A stretch of 63,856 nucleotides of DNA, filler included, from Vicugna vicugna (GCA_013265495.1; 79 parts of 77 records of this genome joined end to end with filler, not necessarily neighbours in it); one strand, 5' to 3'; numbered from the whole stretch's first letter, positions 1 through 12,568 are shown. Numbers and translations are program-made. The notes: generated by a model from the letters alone, not told the origin.

Positions 1-441
1 GGGTGGAGGCCCATATTTGGGGCGGAAAGGATATTTCGGGGACCAGCCCAGGTAACCCTGACAACAAGTGGCACATGCCTGCAGAGAGGCCCTGGGCAGA
101 GGGAGAGAGACATGGGCGGCAGAATTGGTGACTGCTGCAGAGGGGACTGCAGGGCTGGGGCGGCAGGCCACAGAGCTGCTGAGGTGACTTTCCAGTGACC
201 CATCCGGAGAGCGGATCTGCAGGGGAAGTGTAAGGGGAGGAGCTGGTTTCGAGGAGATGGTTCTGTGTGTGGCATTTTGAGTGCAAAGTGTCTATGGGAC
301 TTCTAAGGGGTGATGTCCGTTGTTAAGCTGGATTCAGCAGTCAGGAAGCTCAGAGGAGCTGTGGGTGAGGCCGTGGGGGACTGCCAGGCGGAAGATTGAA
401 GACGAGGCCTTGGGGAAAAGGGCCACGTACATGGCAAATGG

Positions 442-541
442 NNNNNNNNNNNNNNNNNNNNNNNNNNNNNNNNNNNNNNNNNNNNTTAATTAATTAANNN
501 NNNNNNNNNNNNNNNNNNNNNNNNNNNNNNNNNNNNNNNNN
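442..541. other. Artificial scaffold spacer N44-TTAATTAATTAA-N44 (first of ~78 copies in the window)
   Basis: The identical 12-mer palindrome flanked by 44 N on each side (100 bp) recurs at 486, 1606, 2551, 3526 ... 63247. It puts TAA in all six frames, and the flanking sequences are unrelated to each other. Confidence 0.98.
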
Positions 542-1562
542 CGGAACACGGAATATCATGTAGATGGAATCTTTTCAAATTACATAGCTCTAGGGAAGAA
601 TTCGCTCCAAGAGGGGTATTGTTGGATCAAAGTGTGATATATGAAACTGGTGATAGGGAGAAACTACGAAGACAAAGTAAATATTTCAGAGTGCATAGGT
701 AACTTGTTTGGTGGTTGAAACATCAGTCATGCGCATGTTCACAACTCAGAAATGCATGTTGGAGGAATCTGTGATGCATGAACCATGCTCGTAATACGGG
801 ATTCCATGGTTATGTAAACAATGTAAATTACATGTGTATTGGTGAGAATTCGCTCAAAGAGTGTTTTCTGGTGCCAAATGTCCGATTTTAGATCCTGGTG
901 ATAGGAAAAACCTATGAAGTCAGAGTAAATATTTCTAAGTTTATATACGCCTTAATCAGAGGGTGAAAGGATTGTAATCCACATGCTCACAAGTCAGAAA
1001 TACATGATTGCCAAATCCATCATACATGTAGCATGTACGGATCCCGGAATGCCATGTTGTAATGCCATGTTGTTGGAATACATGTAAATTACATATCTGT
1101 TAAGTGGAAATCGCTCCAGAACTATTTTTCTGTGAAAAATTCACGAATTCGAACCTGGTGTTAGGGAAAGCTTGTGAAAATGTGTACACGTGTCTAGAAG
1201 AACATATTATTTTATAGAGGAGGAAAGATTAATAATCCAGATGAACTCAAATCAGGAATGTATATTTGTCAAATCCGTCATGTATGTAGCATGTACGGAA
1301 CACGGAATATCATGTAGATGGCATCTATTCAAATTACATATCTCTAGGGAAGAATTCGCTCCAAGAGGGTTTTTGTGGGATCAANNNNNNNNNNNNNNNN
1401 NNNNNNNNNNNNNNNNNNNNNNNNNNNNNNNNNNNNNNNNNNNNNNNNNAGTGCATAGGTAACTTGTTTGGTGGTTGAAACATCAGTCATGCGCATGTTC
1501 ACAACTCAGAAATGTTTGTTGGAGGAATCCGTGATGCATGAACCATGCTCGTAATACGGAAN
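542..1562 (+). repeat. Satellite B (AT-rich, ~740-bp trimer of ~247-bp subunits)
   Basis: CGGAACACGGAATATCATGTAGATGG at 542 recurs at 1296 (754 bp, including a 13-bp duplication). AAATTACAT recurs about every 247 bp. Confidence 0.95.
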
Positions 1563-1661
1563 NNNNNNNNNNNNNNNNNNNNNNNNNNNNNNNNNNNNNN
1601 NNNNNTTAATTAATTAANNNNNNNNNNNNNNNNNNNNNNNNNNNNNNNNNNNNNNNNNNNN

Positions 1662-2506
1662 CGCGCTGCCGACCGTTGGTGGAACCTCCCCACGCTCAGG
1701 TTTCCCTAACCATTTTCAGAGCGTGGGGGAGCTCAAGAGACAACTCCTCGCAGCTCTCTTCAGTCACAGGTGTTCCCTGTTCGGGGAAGTCCGAGAAATA
1801 CCTTCCCTGACCTTGGGGAGGCCGCCTCTGTCACTGGGATATCCTGCAAACCCCCCTAGCATTCCCTGGCACAGAGACATTAGGANNNNNNNNNNNNNNN
1901 NNNNNNNNNNNNNNNNNNNNNNNNNNNNNNNNNNNNNNNNNNNNNNNNNNNNNNNNNNNNNNNNNNNNNNNNNNNNNNNNNNNNNNNNNNNNNNNNNNNN
2001 NNNNNNNNNNNNNNNNNNNNNNNNNNNNNNNNNNNNNNNNNNNNNNNNNNNNNNNNNNNNNNNNNNNNNNNNNNNNNNNNNNNNNNNNNNNNNNNNNNNN
2101 NNNNNNNNNNNNNNNNNNNNNNNNNNNNNNNNNNNNNNNNNNNNNNNNNNNNNNNNNNNNNNNNNNNNNNNNNNNNNNNNNNNNNNNNNNNNNNNNNNNN
2201 NNNNNNNNNNNNNNNNNNNNNNNNNNNNNNNNNNNNNNNNNNNNNNNNNNNNNNNNNNNNNNNNNNNNNNNNNNNNNNNNNNNNNNNNNNNNNNNNNNNN
2301 NNNNNNNNNNNNNNNNNNNNNNNNNNNNNNNNNNNNNNNNNNNNNNNNNNNNNNNNNNNNNNNNNNNNNNNNNNNNNNNNNNNNNNNNNNNNNNNNNNNN
2401 NNNNNNACCCTCAGGGGAGCTTAGGATTTCCATTGTAACCCACACGCTGCCTATGGTTGGAGGAACCTAACCAAGCTCAGGATTCCGGAACCATTGTCAG
2501 TGCGTG
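1662..2506 (+). repeat. Satellite A (GC-rich 267-bp monomer)
   Basis: Motifs GCTGCCGACCGTTGGTGGAACC and GAGACAACTCC shared with all A fragments; internal gap. Confidence 0.93.
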
Positions 2507-3581
2507 NNNNNNNNNNNNNNNNNNNNNNNNNNNNNNNNNNNNNNNNNNNNTTAATTAATTAANNNNNNNNNNNNNNNNNNNNNNNNNNNNNNNNNNNNNN
2601 NNNNNNCTGTCTCTCCAGCTGTCATCTTCGTGTCTGAGTGCCAGGCTTCAGACCCGATCCCCTGGGGCGTTAGGACAGTTATAGACAGAGGCGGCTCGGG
2701 GAGGCCCCAAGAGGGCGGTACTGGCCTTCCTGCCGACACGATTACACGAAGATCAAACAATCCATCGATGGGAAGAAAATAAGAACCATGATCATATCTG
2801 GACCCCAAGCTTAGATGTGGTATTTGGGTGACATTTATCGACAATCCAGTGAGGTTCTGGCCAGGGCAGCAAGCCAGGAGTGACACTGAGGAGCATCATT
2901 GTGCAGAGGCTGGACTGGGGGTCTGCAGGCTCCTCCCAGGAGAAGCCTCAGTGTTTGGGAGGTGGCTAACATGCCTCCTTCGTGTCACCAGAAAGTGGTG
3001 CCACCTGCAGAAAATCAGCTGTAATCCTGGGATGGATCAGCCCTGGGTGATGTGATAAATGCTCCTACAAGAGGGGGCGCCTGATGGACAGTGAACCAAC
3101 CAACAGGCTGATGAGATTCCCACCTGTGTTTATCGTGCTTTCGTAGCCAAGAGTGAGGAGAGAGTTGAATGGCTCACCATGAATATTTTAACAACTTGAG
3201 AGGGTTCCATGTCTCACTGCATTTAAGTGTCACCTGGAGGAATTCAGNNNNNNNNNNNNNNNNNNNNNNNNNNNNNNNNNNNNNNNNNTCCTCATCAACA
3301 AGCCCACCAGCCCTCTATGGCCAGACCTTGGCAAGTGCCTTCCCTTGTTAGAACAAAACCTTTCCCACGCACGCCTGTGGTAAGCTTTTGTTTGTTTTAA
3401 TTAATGGGAATGAAGATACTTTACAGCCTCCTCAGCCCTTTCCTTAGGGCTTCTCGCCTTAGACCACGGCAAGGGGGCCCGNNNNNNNNNNNNNNNNNNN
3501 NNNNNNNNNNNNNNNNNNNNNNNNNTTAATTAATTAANNNNNNNNNNNNNNNNNNNNNNNNNNNNNNNNNNNNNNNNNNNN

Positions 3582-4165
3582 ATTCCATGGTTATGTAAAC
3601 AATGTAAATTACATGTGTATAGGTGAAAATTCGCTAAAACAGTGTTTTCTGGGGCCAAATGTCAGATTTTAGTACCTGGTGATAGGAAAAACCTATGAAG
3701 ACAGAGTAACTATTTCTAAGCCTATATACGCGTTGTTTGTTGGTTGAAAGGTCAGAAATCCACATGCTCACAAGTCACAAACGCATGATTGACGAATCCG
3801 TCATACATGTATCATGTACGGAACCCGGAATGCCATGTTGATGGAATTCATGTAAATTACATATCTGTTAGTTGGAAATCGCTCCAGCACTATTTTTCTG
3901 TGAAAAATGTATTAATTCGAACCTGGTGTTAGGGAAAGCTTGTGAAAATGTGTACACGTGTCTAGATGCAAATATTCCTTTTTTAGAGGATGAGAGATTA
4001 GTAATCCAGATGACCACAAACACAACTCAGGAATGTATGTTTGTCGAATCGGTCATATATGTAGCACATACGGAATGCAGAATATCATTAGATGGAATCT
4101 ATTTAAATTACATATCTCAAGGTAGAATTCGCTCCAAGAGGGTTTTTGTGGGATCAAAGTTTGAT
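3582..4165 (+). repeat. Satellite B
   Basis: Collinear with ~800-1385 at high identity. Confidence 0.95.
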
Positions 4166-4265
4166 NNNNNNNNNNNNNNNNNNNNNNNNNNNNNNNNNNN
4201 NNNNNNNNNTTAATTAATTAANNNNNNNNNNNNNNNNNNNNNNNNNNNNNNNNNNNNNNNNNNNN

Positions 4266-4466
4266 CCAGTGACCGAGGCTGCCTCCCCAAGATCAGGGAA
4301 GGTATTTCCATGACTTCCCCAAAGAGGGAAATCCTGTGAATGAAGGGAGCTGCGTGGAGTTGTCTCTCGAGCTCCCCCACGCACTGACAATGGTTCCGGA
4401 ATCCTGAGCGTGGGGAGGTTCCACCAACGGTCGGCAGCGCGTGGGTTCTAACGGAATGCCTAAGCT
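4266..4466 (-). repeat. Satellite A
   Basis: Reverse complement of the A consensus (GGAGTTGTCTCTCGAGCTCCCCCACGCAC). Confidence 0.93.
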
Positions 4467-4566
4467 NNNNNNNNNNNNNNNNNNNNNNNNNNNNNNNNNN
4501 NNNNNNNNNNTTAATTAATTAANNNNNNNNNNNNNNNNNNNNNNNNNNNNNNNNNNNNNNNNNNNN

Positions 4567-4771
4567 AAAGTCAGGGAAGATATTTCTCGGACTTCCCCGA
4601 AAAGGGAACTCCTGTGAATGAAGAGAGCTGCGTGGAGTTGTTTCTCGAGCTCCCCCACGCACTGACAATGTTTCCGGAATCCTGAGTTATGGAGGTTCCA
4701 CCAACGGTCCGCAGCTCGTCGGTTCTACGGAATGCCTAAGCTCGTCTCCCCTAAGTGTTTTCCTAATGTCT
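4567..4771 (-). repeat. Satellite A
   Basis: Same motifs as 4266-4466. Confidence 0.93.
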
Positions 4772-4871
4772 NNNNNNNNNNNNNNNNNNNNNNNNNNNNN
4801 NNNNNNNNNNNNNNNTTAATTAATTAANNNNNNNNNNNNNNNNNNNNNNNNNNNNNNNNNNNNNNNNNNNN

Positions 4872-5257
4872 CAGTCACAGGTGTTCCCTGTTTTGGGAAG
4901 TCCGAGAAATACCTTCTCTGAATTGGGGGGGCAGCCTCTGACACTGGGATAGCCTGCAATCACCCTTAGCATTCCCTGGCACAGAGAAATTAGTAAAAGC
5001 CTCAGGGGAGACGAGTTTAAGCATTCCGTTAGAACCCAAGCGCTGCCGACCGTTGGTGGAACCTCCCCACCATCAGGATTCCGGAACTATTGTACAGTGC
5101 GTGGGGGAGCTCGAGAGATATCTCCACGCAGCTCTCTTCAGTCACAGTGGTTCCCTGTTGGGGGAAGTCCAAGAAAGAACTTCCCTGACCTTGCGAAGGC
5201 AGCCTCTGACCCTGGGATATCCTGCAATCACCCACAGAATTCCCTGGCAAGGAGACA
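4872..5257 (+). repeat. Satellite A
   Basis: CAGTCACAG at 4872 recurs at 5139 (267 bp). Confidence 0.95.
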
Positions 5258-5357
5258 NNNNNNNNNNNNNNNNNNNNNNNNNNNNNNNNNNNNNNNNNNN
5301 NTTAATTAATTAANNNNNNNNNNNNNNNNNNNNNNNNNNNNNNNNNNNNNNNNNNNN

Positions 5358-6102
5358 ACACCTGTGACTGAAGAGAGCTGCGTGGACTTATCTCTCGAGC
5401 TCTCCCACGCACTGAAAATGGTTTCGGAATCCTGAACGTGGGGAGGTTCCAACAACGGTCGGCAGCGCGTTGGTTCTAACGGAAAGCCTAAGCTCGTCTC
5501 CCCTGAGGGTTTTCCTAATATCTCTTTGCCAGGGAATGCTAGGGGGGTTTGCAGGATATCCCAGTGACAGAGGCTGATTCCCCAAGGTNNNNNNNNNNNN
5601 NNNNNNNNNNNNNNNNNNNNNNNNNNNNNNNNNNNNNNNNNNNNNNNNNNNNNNNNNNNNTCCCCCACGCACTGACAATGGTTCCGGAATCCTGAGAGTG
5701 GGGAGGTTCCACCAACGGTCGGCAGCGCGTGGGTTCTAACGGAATGCCTAAGCTCGACTCCCCTGAGGATTTTCTTAATTTCTCTGTGGTAGGGAATGCT
5801 AGTGGGGTTTGCTGGATATCCCAGTGATAGAGGCTGCTTCCCCAAGGTCAGGGAAGGTATTTCTCGGACTTCCCCCAACAGCGAACACCTGTGACTGAAG
5901 ACAGCTGCGTGGACTTGTCTCTCGAGCTCCCCCACGCACTGACAATGGTTCCGGAATCCTGAGAGTGGGGAGGTTCCACCAACGGTCGGCAGCGCGTGGG
6001 TTCTAACGGAAAGAATAAGCTCGTCTCCCCTGAGGGTTTTCCTAATTTCTCTGTGGTAGGGAATGCTAGGGGGGTTTGCTGGATATCCCAGTGATAGAGG
6101 CT
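5358..6102 (-). repeat. Satellite A
   Basis: TCCCCCACGCACTGAC at 5661 and 5928 (267 bp). Confidence 0.95.
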
Positions 6103-8287
6103 NNNNNNNNNNNNNNNNNNNNNNNNNNNNNNNNNNNNNNNNNNNNTTAATTAATTAANNNNNNNNNNNNNNNNNNNNNNNNNNNNNNNNNNNNNNNNNN
6201 NNCACTGTCACACTAGACATCACATCCAGGTCGTGTTCTCAGGACAGTCCATGTGACACAGTCCTGGCTTTCATCCTCCCTTACATCCTCCCTTACACTG
6301 ATGAGGATGGACCCATGTATGAGCTGAAATGGGGAGTTTCTTTGATTGAAGAGAGGGGCTCCCTCTCTTGTGGAGCTGTGGTCTGTGTTGATAAGTTTAG
6401 GCAGGCAAACCCTGAATCCCACACATCCTATGATTTTGGCTTGAGAGTAGAAGTCTTAGGGCTTCTTCTGGCAAAGGGGAAAGGTCTCTGGAGACCCAGA
6501 GAGCTGCTGTTGTGGCTGTGGTGCTGTGAGAAGCATCTGGGAGGTCAGAGGGCAGAATCAGCCCCTAAGTGAACCCACAGCTATCCCCTCTCCATCTCAG
6601 TCCTGTCCCCACCCCCTTCCTGGGGCCCAGAACACAATGGGTGGAGGGCATCCTGCCCACCCTCTGGTGAAGCCTTAATGGTGGGGACTCAGCTGGTGCT
6701 CAGGGGACCCAGTGAGCCTCAGGGGACAGCTGAGTCCACCCTGTGGGAGGTGAGTGGCAGGGACAGGAGGGGACCCAGGCAGGCTCCCTGGAGGATTAGG
6801 CAAAAGGCAGGGACAGGAGCTAAAGACTGAGGTGCGAGGAGGCCCATGGGAAGCCTGGGAGGCAGACACAAGCTTCTATACCCTCCTGGGTCAGACACTC
6901 ATTGAGCAGCTCCTGTATCCCCAAAAGGGTAGTGCCCAGAGCAGACAGCCTGCCTGTCCTCACAGAGGTGCCATCCAGTGGGGAGAGGCTGGGGGGACAG
7001 AGCAGTGTGTCAGACATCCCTGAAAAGGGGAGAAGTGGTCAAACTGCAGATAAAGGGAAGTCCCTTCAGAAGGCTTGTAGCAGCCCCTCCTCTGAGTCCA
7101 GGCCCNNNNNNNNNNNNNNNNNNNNNNNNNNNNNNNNNNNNNNNNNNNNTTAATTAATTAANNNNNNNNNNNNNNNNNNNNNNNNNNNNNNNNNNNNNNN
7201 NNNNNATACTGATGCCTCCAACTTGATCCATTATCATATGGACAGTGTAACCCCCCTCCCCCCCCGGCTTATCTGTAACTCCCAGTCAGACAGTAGAATC
7301 CTGGTTCCCACCAGCTTCCACCTATTCAATTCATTTCTCATTCTGCTCCAGATGAGTGGTTTGAGCATTCTTACCTCCTGCCCCTGTGGGATGGATCTTA
7401 CAGACCCCACTGTTTACGTGCAGTATGCTTTCCCTGTAGTCTGCACGTTCTGTTCATTCCTGCAGTCACTGAGGCTGGCCCCTTCTGCTCCACCAGCAGC
7501 AGTGAGTGTTAACACATCTCTAATACAGAGCCTGTGTTACATCCTGCATTCCATCCTGTGACACTACAGCTTACTCGATCACTTAACTGACTTGCTGGGT
7601 CATAGAAACCTTTGGGTTTATACAAAGCATAATGGCAAATGCCCACCACGAAGTAGTGTATGGAACATTTCAACTCCCACGTGACCTGTTTACCACCTCT
7701 TAGTTTTCCCTTTCCCCGAATTTCATGTAAATTGGGTCACTNNNNNNNNNNNNNNNNNNNNNNNNNNNNNNNNNNNNNNNNNNNNTTAATTAATTAANNN
7801 NNNNNNNNNNNNNNNNNNNNNNNNNNNNNNNNNNNNNNNNNCCAAGCGGACCCTTGCTCCTCCCGGGTCTGGGCTGCTGCAGGCAAGCACTGTCATCCCG
7901 CCGCCTGGATCTGCCTGGGCAGAGCTCTGTAGTGGAACACGGTGACATCCACCCAGGCCTAGTTTTAGGGACCTGGGCCCAGTGGCCCTAACATCTCTCC
8001 TAATCTGGGGAGACTGGTGTTCCTGGCTTGGGAGTGAGACAGGCAAGGAAGTGGGATTTCAGGAGGGAGATGGAGTGGGTAAATTGAGTGCCCAAGAAAG
8101 TGTATAAAAGGAAAGAGAAGACAGAACGGTTGGGCTTGGCCTGAAGTTGCACTTCCCAAGCACACAGGCCTCAGAATACGGGATTCCAAAAATGTTTTGA
8201 AACAAATGCAAATTCGGGGGATTCTGTCCTAGACTTCCCTCTTGGAGATTCGCTGTGTACATTTGCATCCGAAAACCGTAAAGATTC

Positions 8288-8761
8288 CTTCTGGATGACT
8301 CCGACCACCCTGCAGCCCCTCAGCTGCTCCTGGGCTGAACTCAGTTGCGGATGGGCGGGAGCCCCAGGCTGCTGAAACCCGTGCCAGGACTGGCTCCGCT
8401 GTCCAGCGGCCTCTGCAGGTGGCAATTAAAGATCTCCTCCGTCCGCCACAGGTACTTGGTAATTTTCAGCTTTGCAGCCTCGCGTCTCTCCTTGTTGGGA
8501 TGGACGTGCACGCCTCGGAGCAGAACGTCCACGCCGTTCTGGTAGTGATTGAAAGCTGCCTCGTAGCCCTGACTGACATCGCGTCCAGGGCCAGCCGGAT
8601 CTGCGTGGCTGCGTTCACCAGGTAGTCGCGTTTGGTCACATCAAGCTCCCCCGGAGCCACCTGGCTGTGAATCTGTTCCAGGTACATTCGGGCCTGGCAA
8701 CGTGCTTCTGAGCAGGACTGGGCTCCAGGCAAGGGCCAGGGCCAGGGCCGGGGGAACCCTC
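8288..8761 (-). pseudogene. RPS6KL1: Processed pseudogene (retrocopy) of RPS6KL1, N-terminal MIT-domain region
   Basis: Minus strand reads ..[34 protein letters not shown] / [78 protein letters not shown] / [19 protein letters not shown], matching recalled RPS6KL1 residues ~10-161. 1-nt frameshifts near 8720, 8582 and 8345; no introns. Confidence 0.92.
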
Positions 8762-9612
8762 NNNNNNNNNNNNNNNNNNNNNNNNNNNNNNNNNNNNNNN
8801 NNNNNTTAATTAATTAANNNNNNNNNNNNNNNNNNNNNNNNNNNNNNNNNNNNNNNNNNNNATCATCCAGCACGCATCGACCCAGTATCACGGCTTGCAT
8901 ATACTCTTCACACTTGTATTTAAAAATCAGAGGCGTGCATTTATATTCGTAAATATTGATCCATAAGAGCATATCGTGACCTAACCCAAATGCCGATTTG
9001 GAATCAAATGGTTTTTATAGTCCGTGATAAAGACTTGCAAGTATTCCAACAGGATGAATGAATGCCATACTATACACTACGTAGAGAAGAAATGGCATAA
9101 GCCTATAACAAAGATAAGTAGCTCTGCAAAAGTGTACTAAGAGCAAAAGAACCAGACAGTAAAGTGCACATTGGGGTTGGTTTCATTTCTAGGAATTTCA
9201 GCCCCCATGAAACCAATGGATCCATGTCCTGCGAGTGCGGGTATTTCAGCAGAAATCAACCGACGGTTATGTATTCTGTATGTACGGATATTACAGGAAC
9301 ATAAGATTCCTGTAGTGGGTCTCTGTGTACTGTGAAATGTTAGAAAGTTTAAAGACGTGTAAAATATCAACTGCAAATGGACACACTTCCCTCCGTTGGT
9401 ACTGTGCATACAGAAACATACAGAACCAAAGGAAAGAGGGAAGAACAAAGTCCCATGGGATGCTAGAGGGTAGAATCACATTTACCTTAGGAACCTCTCG
9501 TCAGATGCAGCCNNNNNNNNNNNNNNNNNNNNNNNNNNNNNNNNNNNNNNNNNNNNTTAATTAATTAANNNNNNNNNNNNNNNNNNNNNNNNNNNNNNNN
9601 NNNNNNNNNNNN

Positions 9613-10060
9613 CATGCATTTTGAGTTGAGAGAATGTGGATTACTAAACTTTCAACCACTATAAAAGGAATGTTTTCATCTAGTCACGTGTACACATTTT
9701 CACAAGCTTTCCCTAACACCAAGTTCGAATTCATGCATGTTTCACAAAAAAATTGTTCTGGAGCGATTTCCACCTAACAGATGTGTAATTTACATGAATT
9801 CCAACAACATGGCATTCCGGGTTCCGGAAATGCTACATGAATGACGGATTGGCATTCATGCATTTCTGACTTGTGAGCATGTGGATTACTGACCTTTCAT
9901 CCCTCGAACAAAGCGTACATAGACTTAGATTTATTTAGTCTGACTTCATAGGTTTTTCTTATAGGTTTTTCTTTTCACCAGGTTCTAAAATCGGACATTT
10001 GTCACCAAAAAACACTGTTTGAGCTAATTCTCACCAATACATATGTAATTTACATTGTTT
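9613..10060 (-). repeat. Satellite B
   Basis: Reverse complement of the B consensus (ATGTAATTTACAT, TGAGCATGTGGATTACT). Confidence 0.94.
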
Positions 10061-10732
10061 NNNNNNNNNNNNNNNNNNNNNNNNNNNNNNNNNNNNNNNN
10101 NNNNTTAATTAATTAANNNNNNNNNNNNNNNNNNNNNNNNNNNNNNNNNNNNNNNNNNNNAAAAAGTATGATTTAAGTGCCTCAGGACTGTTTCACAAAG
10201 CGCAGTGTTCTCTGTTGGTTTGGAAGCACCGCAGTGCTTTTCGCCCCGCAGATGTTAGGTTAGGTCTTACTCCTAGGTCGATGACGTGGTTGCAAATGAC
10301 CTACAGGTGCAAAACCACACTTAGCAGCTTCTGAAGGGAAACTCTCCAGTTCTCCCTTGATTGGCTTTCTTCCACGGGCTGTAGCTGTGCTGCAGCATAA
10401 GCCTGAGCTTTACTTATGGAGTGAGGGTTTAATATCCAAAGTTAGCATAAAACGAAGCGATCAGATGAAGAAAATCGACATTGAAAATTTATTTTTGGGT
10501 TTCATTAGTCAAGATATACTATCAGTTAATGGCCCATATAGCAAATGAAATTGAGTAGAGGACATTGCATTTCTTCCTTTCTATTTAGTATTCTCTTACA
10601 GCATAAGGCTGCCTGCTTTGGAACATCAGCTCNNNNNNNNNNNNNNNNNNNNNNNNNNNNNNNNNNNNNNNNNNNNTTAATTAATTAANNNNNNNNNNNN
10701 NNNNNNNNNNNNNNNNNNNNNNNNNNNNNNNN

Positions 10733-11908
10733 ATGTTCACAACTCAGAAATGAATGTTTGTGGAATCCGTGATGCATAAAATTGTAGGAATACGGAATAC
10801 CATGGTTATGTAAACAATGTAAATTAAATGTGTATTGGTGAGAATTCACGCAAAGAGTGTTTTCTGGTGCAAAATGTCCGATTTTAGAACCTGGTCATAG
10901 AAAAAACCTATGAAGTCCGAGTAAATATTTCTAAGTGNNNNNNNNNNNNNNNNNNNNNNNNNNNNNNNNNNNNNNNNNNNNNNNNNNNNNNNNNNNNNNN
11001 NNNNNNNNNNNNNNNNNNNNNNNNNNNNNNNNNNNNNNNNNNNNNNNNNNNNNNNNNNNNNNNNNNNNNNNNNNNNNNNNNNNNNNNNNNNNNNNNNNNN
11101 NNNNNNNNNNNNNNNNNNNNNNNNNNNNNNNNNNNTGAAAAATGCACGAATTCGAAACTGGTGTTACGGAAAGCTTGTGAAAATTAGTACACATTTCTAG
11201 ATGAAAATATTCCTTTTATAGAGGATGAAAGATCTGTAATCCACATGCTCTCAACTCAGGAATGTATGTTTGTCAAATCCGTCATGCATGTAGCCTGTAC
11301 AGAACACGGAATATCATGTTGATGGAATCTATTCAAATTACATATCTCTAGGGTGGAAATCGCTCTGAGAGTGTATTTGGAGAAAAGTGTGATTCTTAAA
11401 ACTGGTGAAAGGAAGAAGATACGAAGTCCAGTATATATTTCAAAGTGCATAGATTCATTTTATGGTGATTGAAACATCATTCATCCACATGTTCACAACT
11501 CATAAATGCATGCTTGTGGAATCCGTGATACAAGAAACATGTTCTGAATTCAGAATGCCATGCTTATGTAAAAAATGTAAATTACATGTGTATAGGAGAA
11601 TTCATTCAAAAAGGGTTTTTTGGTGCAAAATATCCAATTTTAGAAACTGGTAATAGAAAAAACCTATGAAGTCAGAGTAAATATTTCTAAGTGTATATAT
11701 GCCTTGTCTGGTGGATGAAAGGTCAGTAATCCACATGCTCACAACTCAGAAACGCATGTTTGTCGAATCCGTCAAGCATGTAGCATGTACTGAAACCGAA
11801 ATGCCATGTTGTACAAATTTATGTCAATTACATATCTATTAGGTATATATCGCAACACAAGTATTTTTGGTGAAAAATGAACGAATTCGATACTGGTGTT
11901 AGGAAAAG
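10733..11908 (+). repeat. Satellite B
   Basis: GAATTCGA.ACTGGTGTTA at 11148 and 11883 (735 bp). Confidence 0.95.
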
Positions 11909-12488
11909 NNNNNNNNNNNNNNNNNNNNNNNNNNNNNNNNNNNNNNNNNNNNTTAATTAATTAANNNNNNNNNNNNNNNNNNNNNNNNNNNNNNNNNNNN
12001 NNNNNNNNTAATCTTCTATCTCTTCTGAGGATTAAATACGGACTGCCTCAGCACTGCATTACTGGTAGCTGTTGAAGTCATATAAAAAGGGCATGCACTT
12101 CTTTCACTACAAGATCCTCGTGAATCCCCACAAGGTACTGTTGAGAAATCAAGGCTTGTGGGCTTCTAATATTTCCAGTGTTTACTAAGCCACATTGTTG
12201 GAAAATTTTTCAGAGATGACTCTCCTGGAGATTGATACCACCATCTGCACTCCAGATCTTATCCCCCAGAAGTTTTGTGATTTAATATTTTTTTATTTGT
12301 GGCAGTGGCCCAAATATTAAAATTTCAGTATTATAATCACAGTAGAGGGGACAATAAAAAAATATTATTCTCATGGTGGCAGTACTGATGTCTATCAGAG
12401 AAGAAAGACAGCATATGGCTCATGTCAAATAAATCAGCAACTGATTCACTAAAATTTGGAATAGATTAACAAAAAGAAAAAAATGATG

Positions 12489-12568
12489 ACGATCAGAACA
12501 AACAAAAGACAAAAGAAAAGGAGATGGGATACGATCAGAACAAAAGACAAAAGAAAAGGAGATGGGAT
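12489..12568. repeat. Short tandem duplication (42 + 38 bp)
   Basis: ACGATCAGAAC(AAAC)AAAAGACAAAAGAAAAGGAGATGGGAT twice in tandem. Confidence 0.9.

Noticed and set aside
3872..4165. Repeated Cys-containing ORFs from satellite B as a protein family
   Set aside because: Frames are interrupted by stops and indels in every copy and no domain is recognisable.
8466..8732. Functional MIT-domain CDS (SNX15/RPS6KC1-like)
   Set aside because: The residues match RPS6KL1 specifically and the frame is broken three times.
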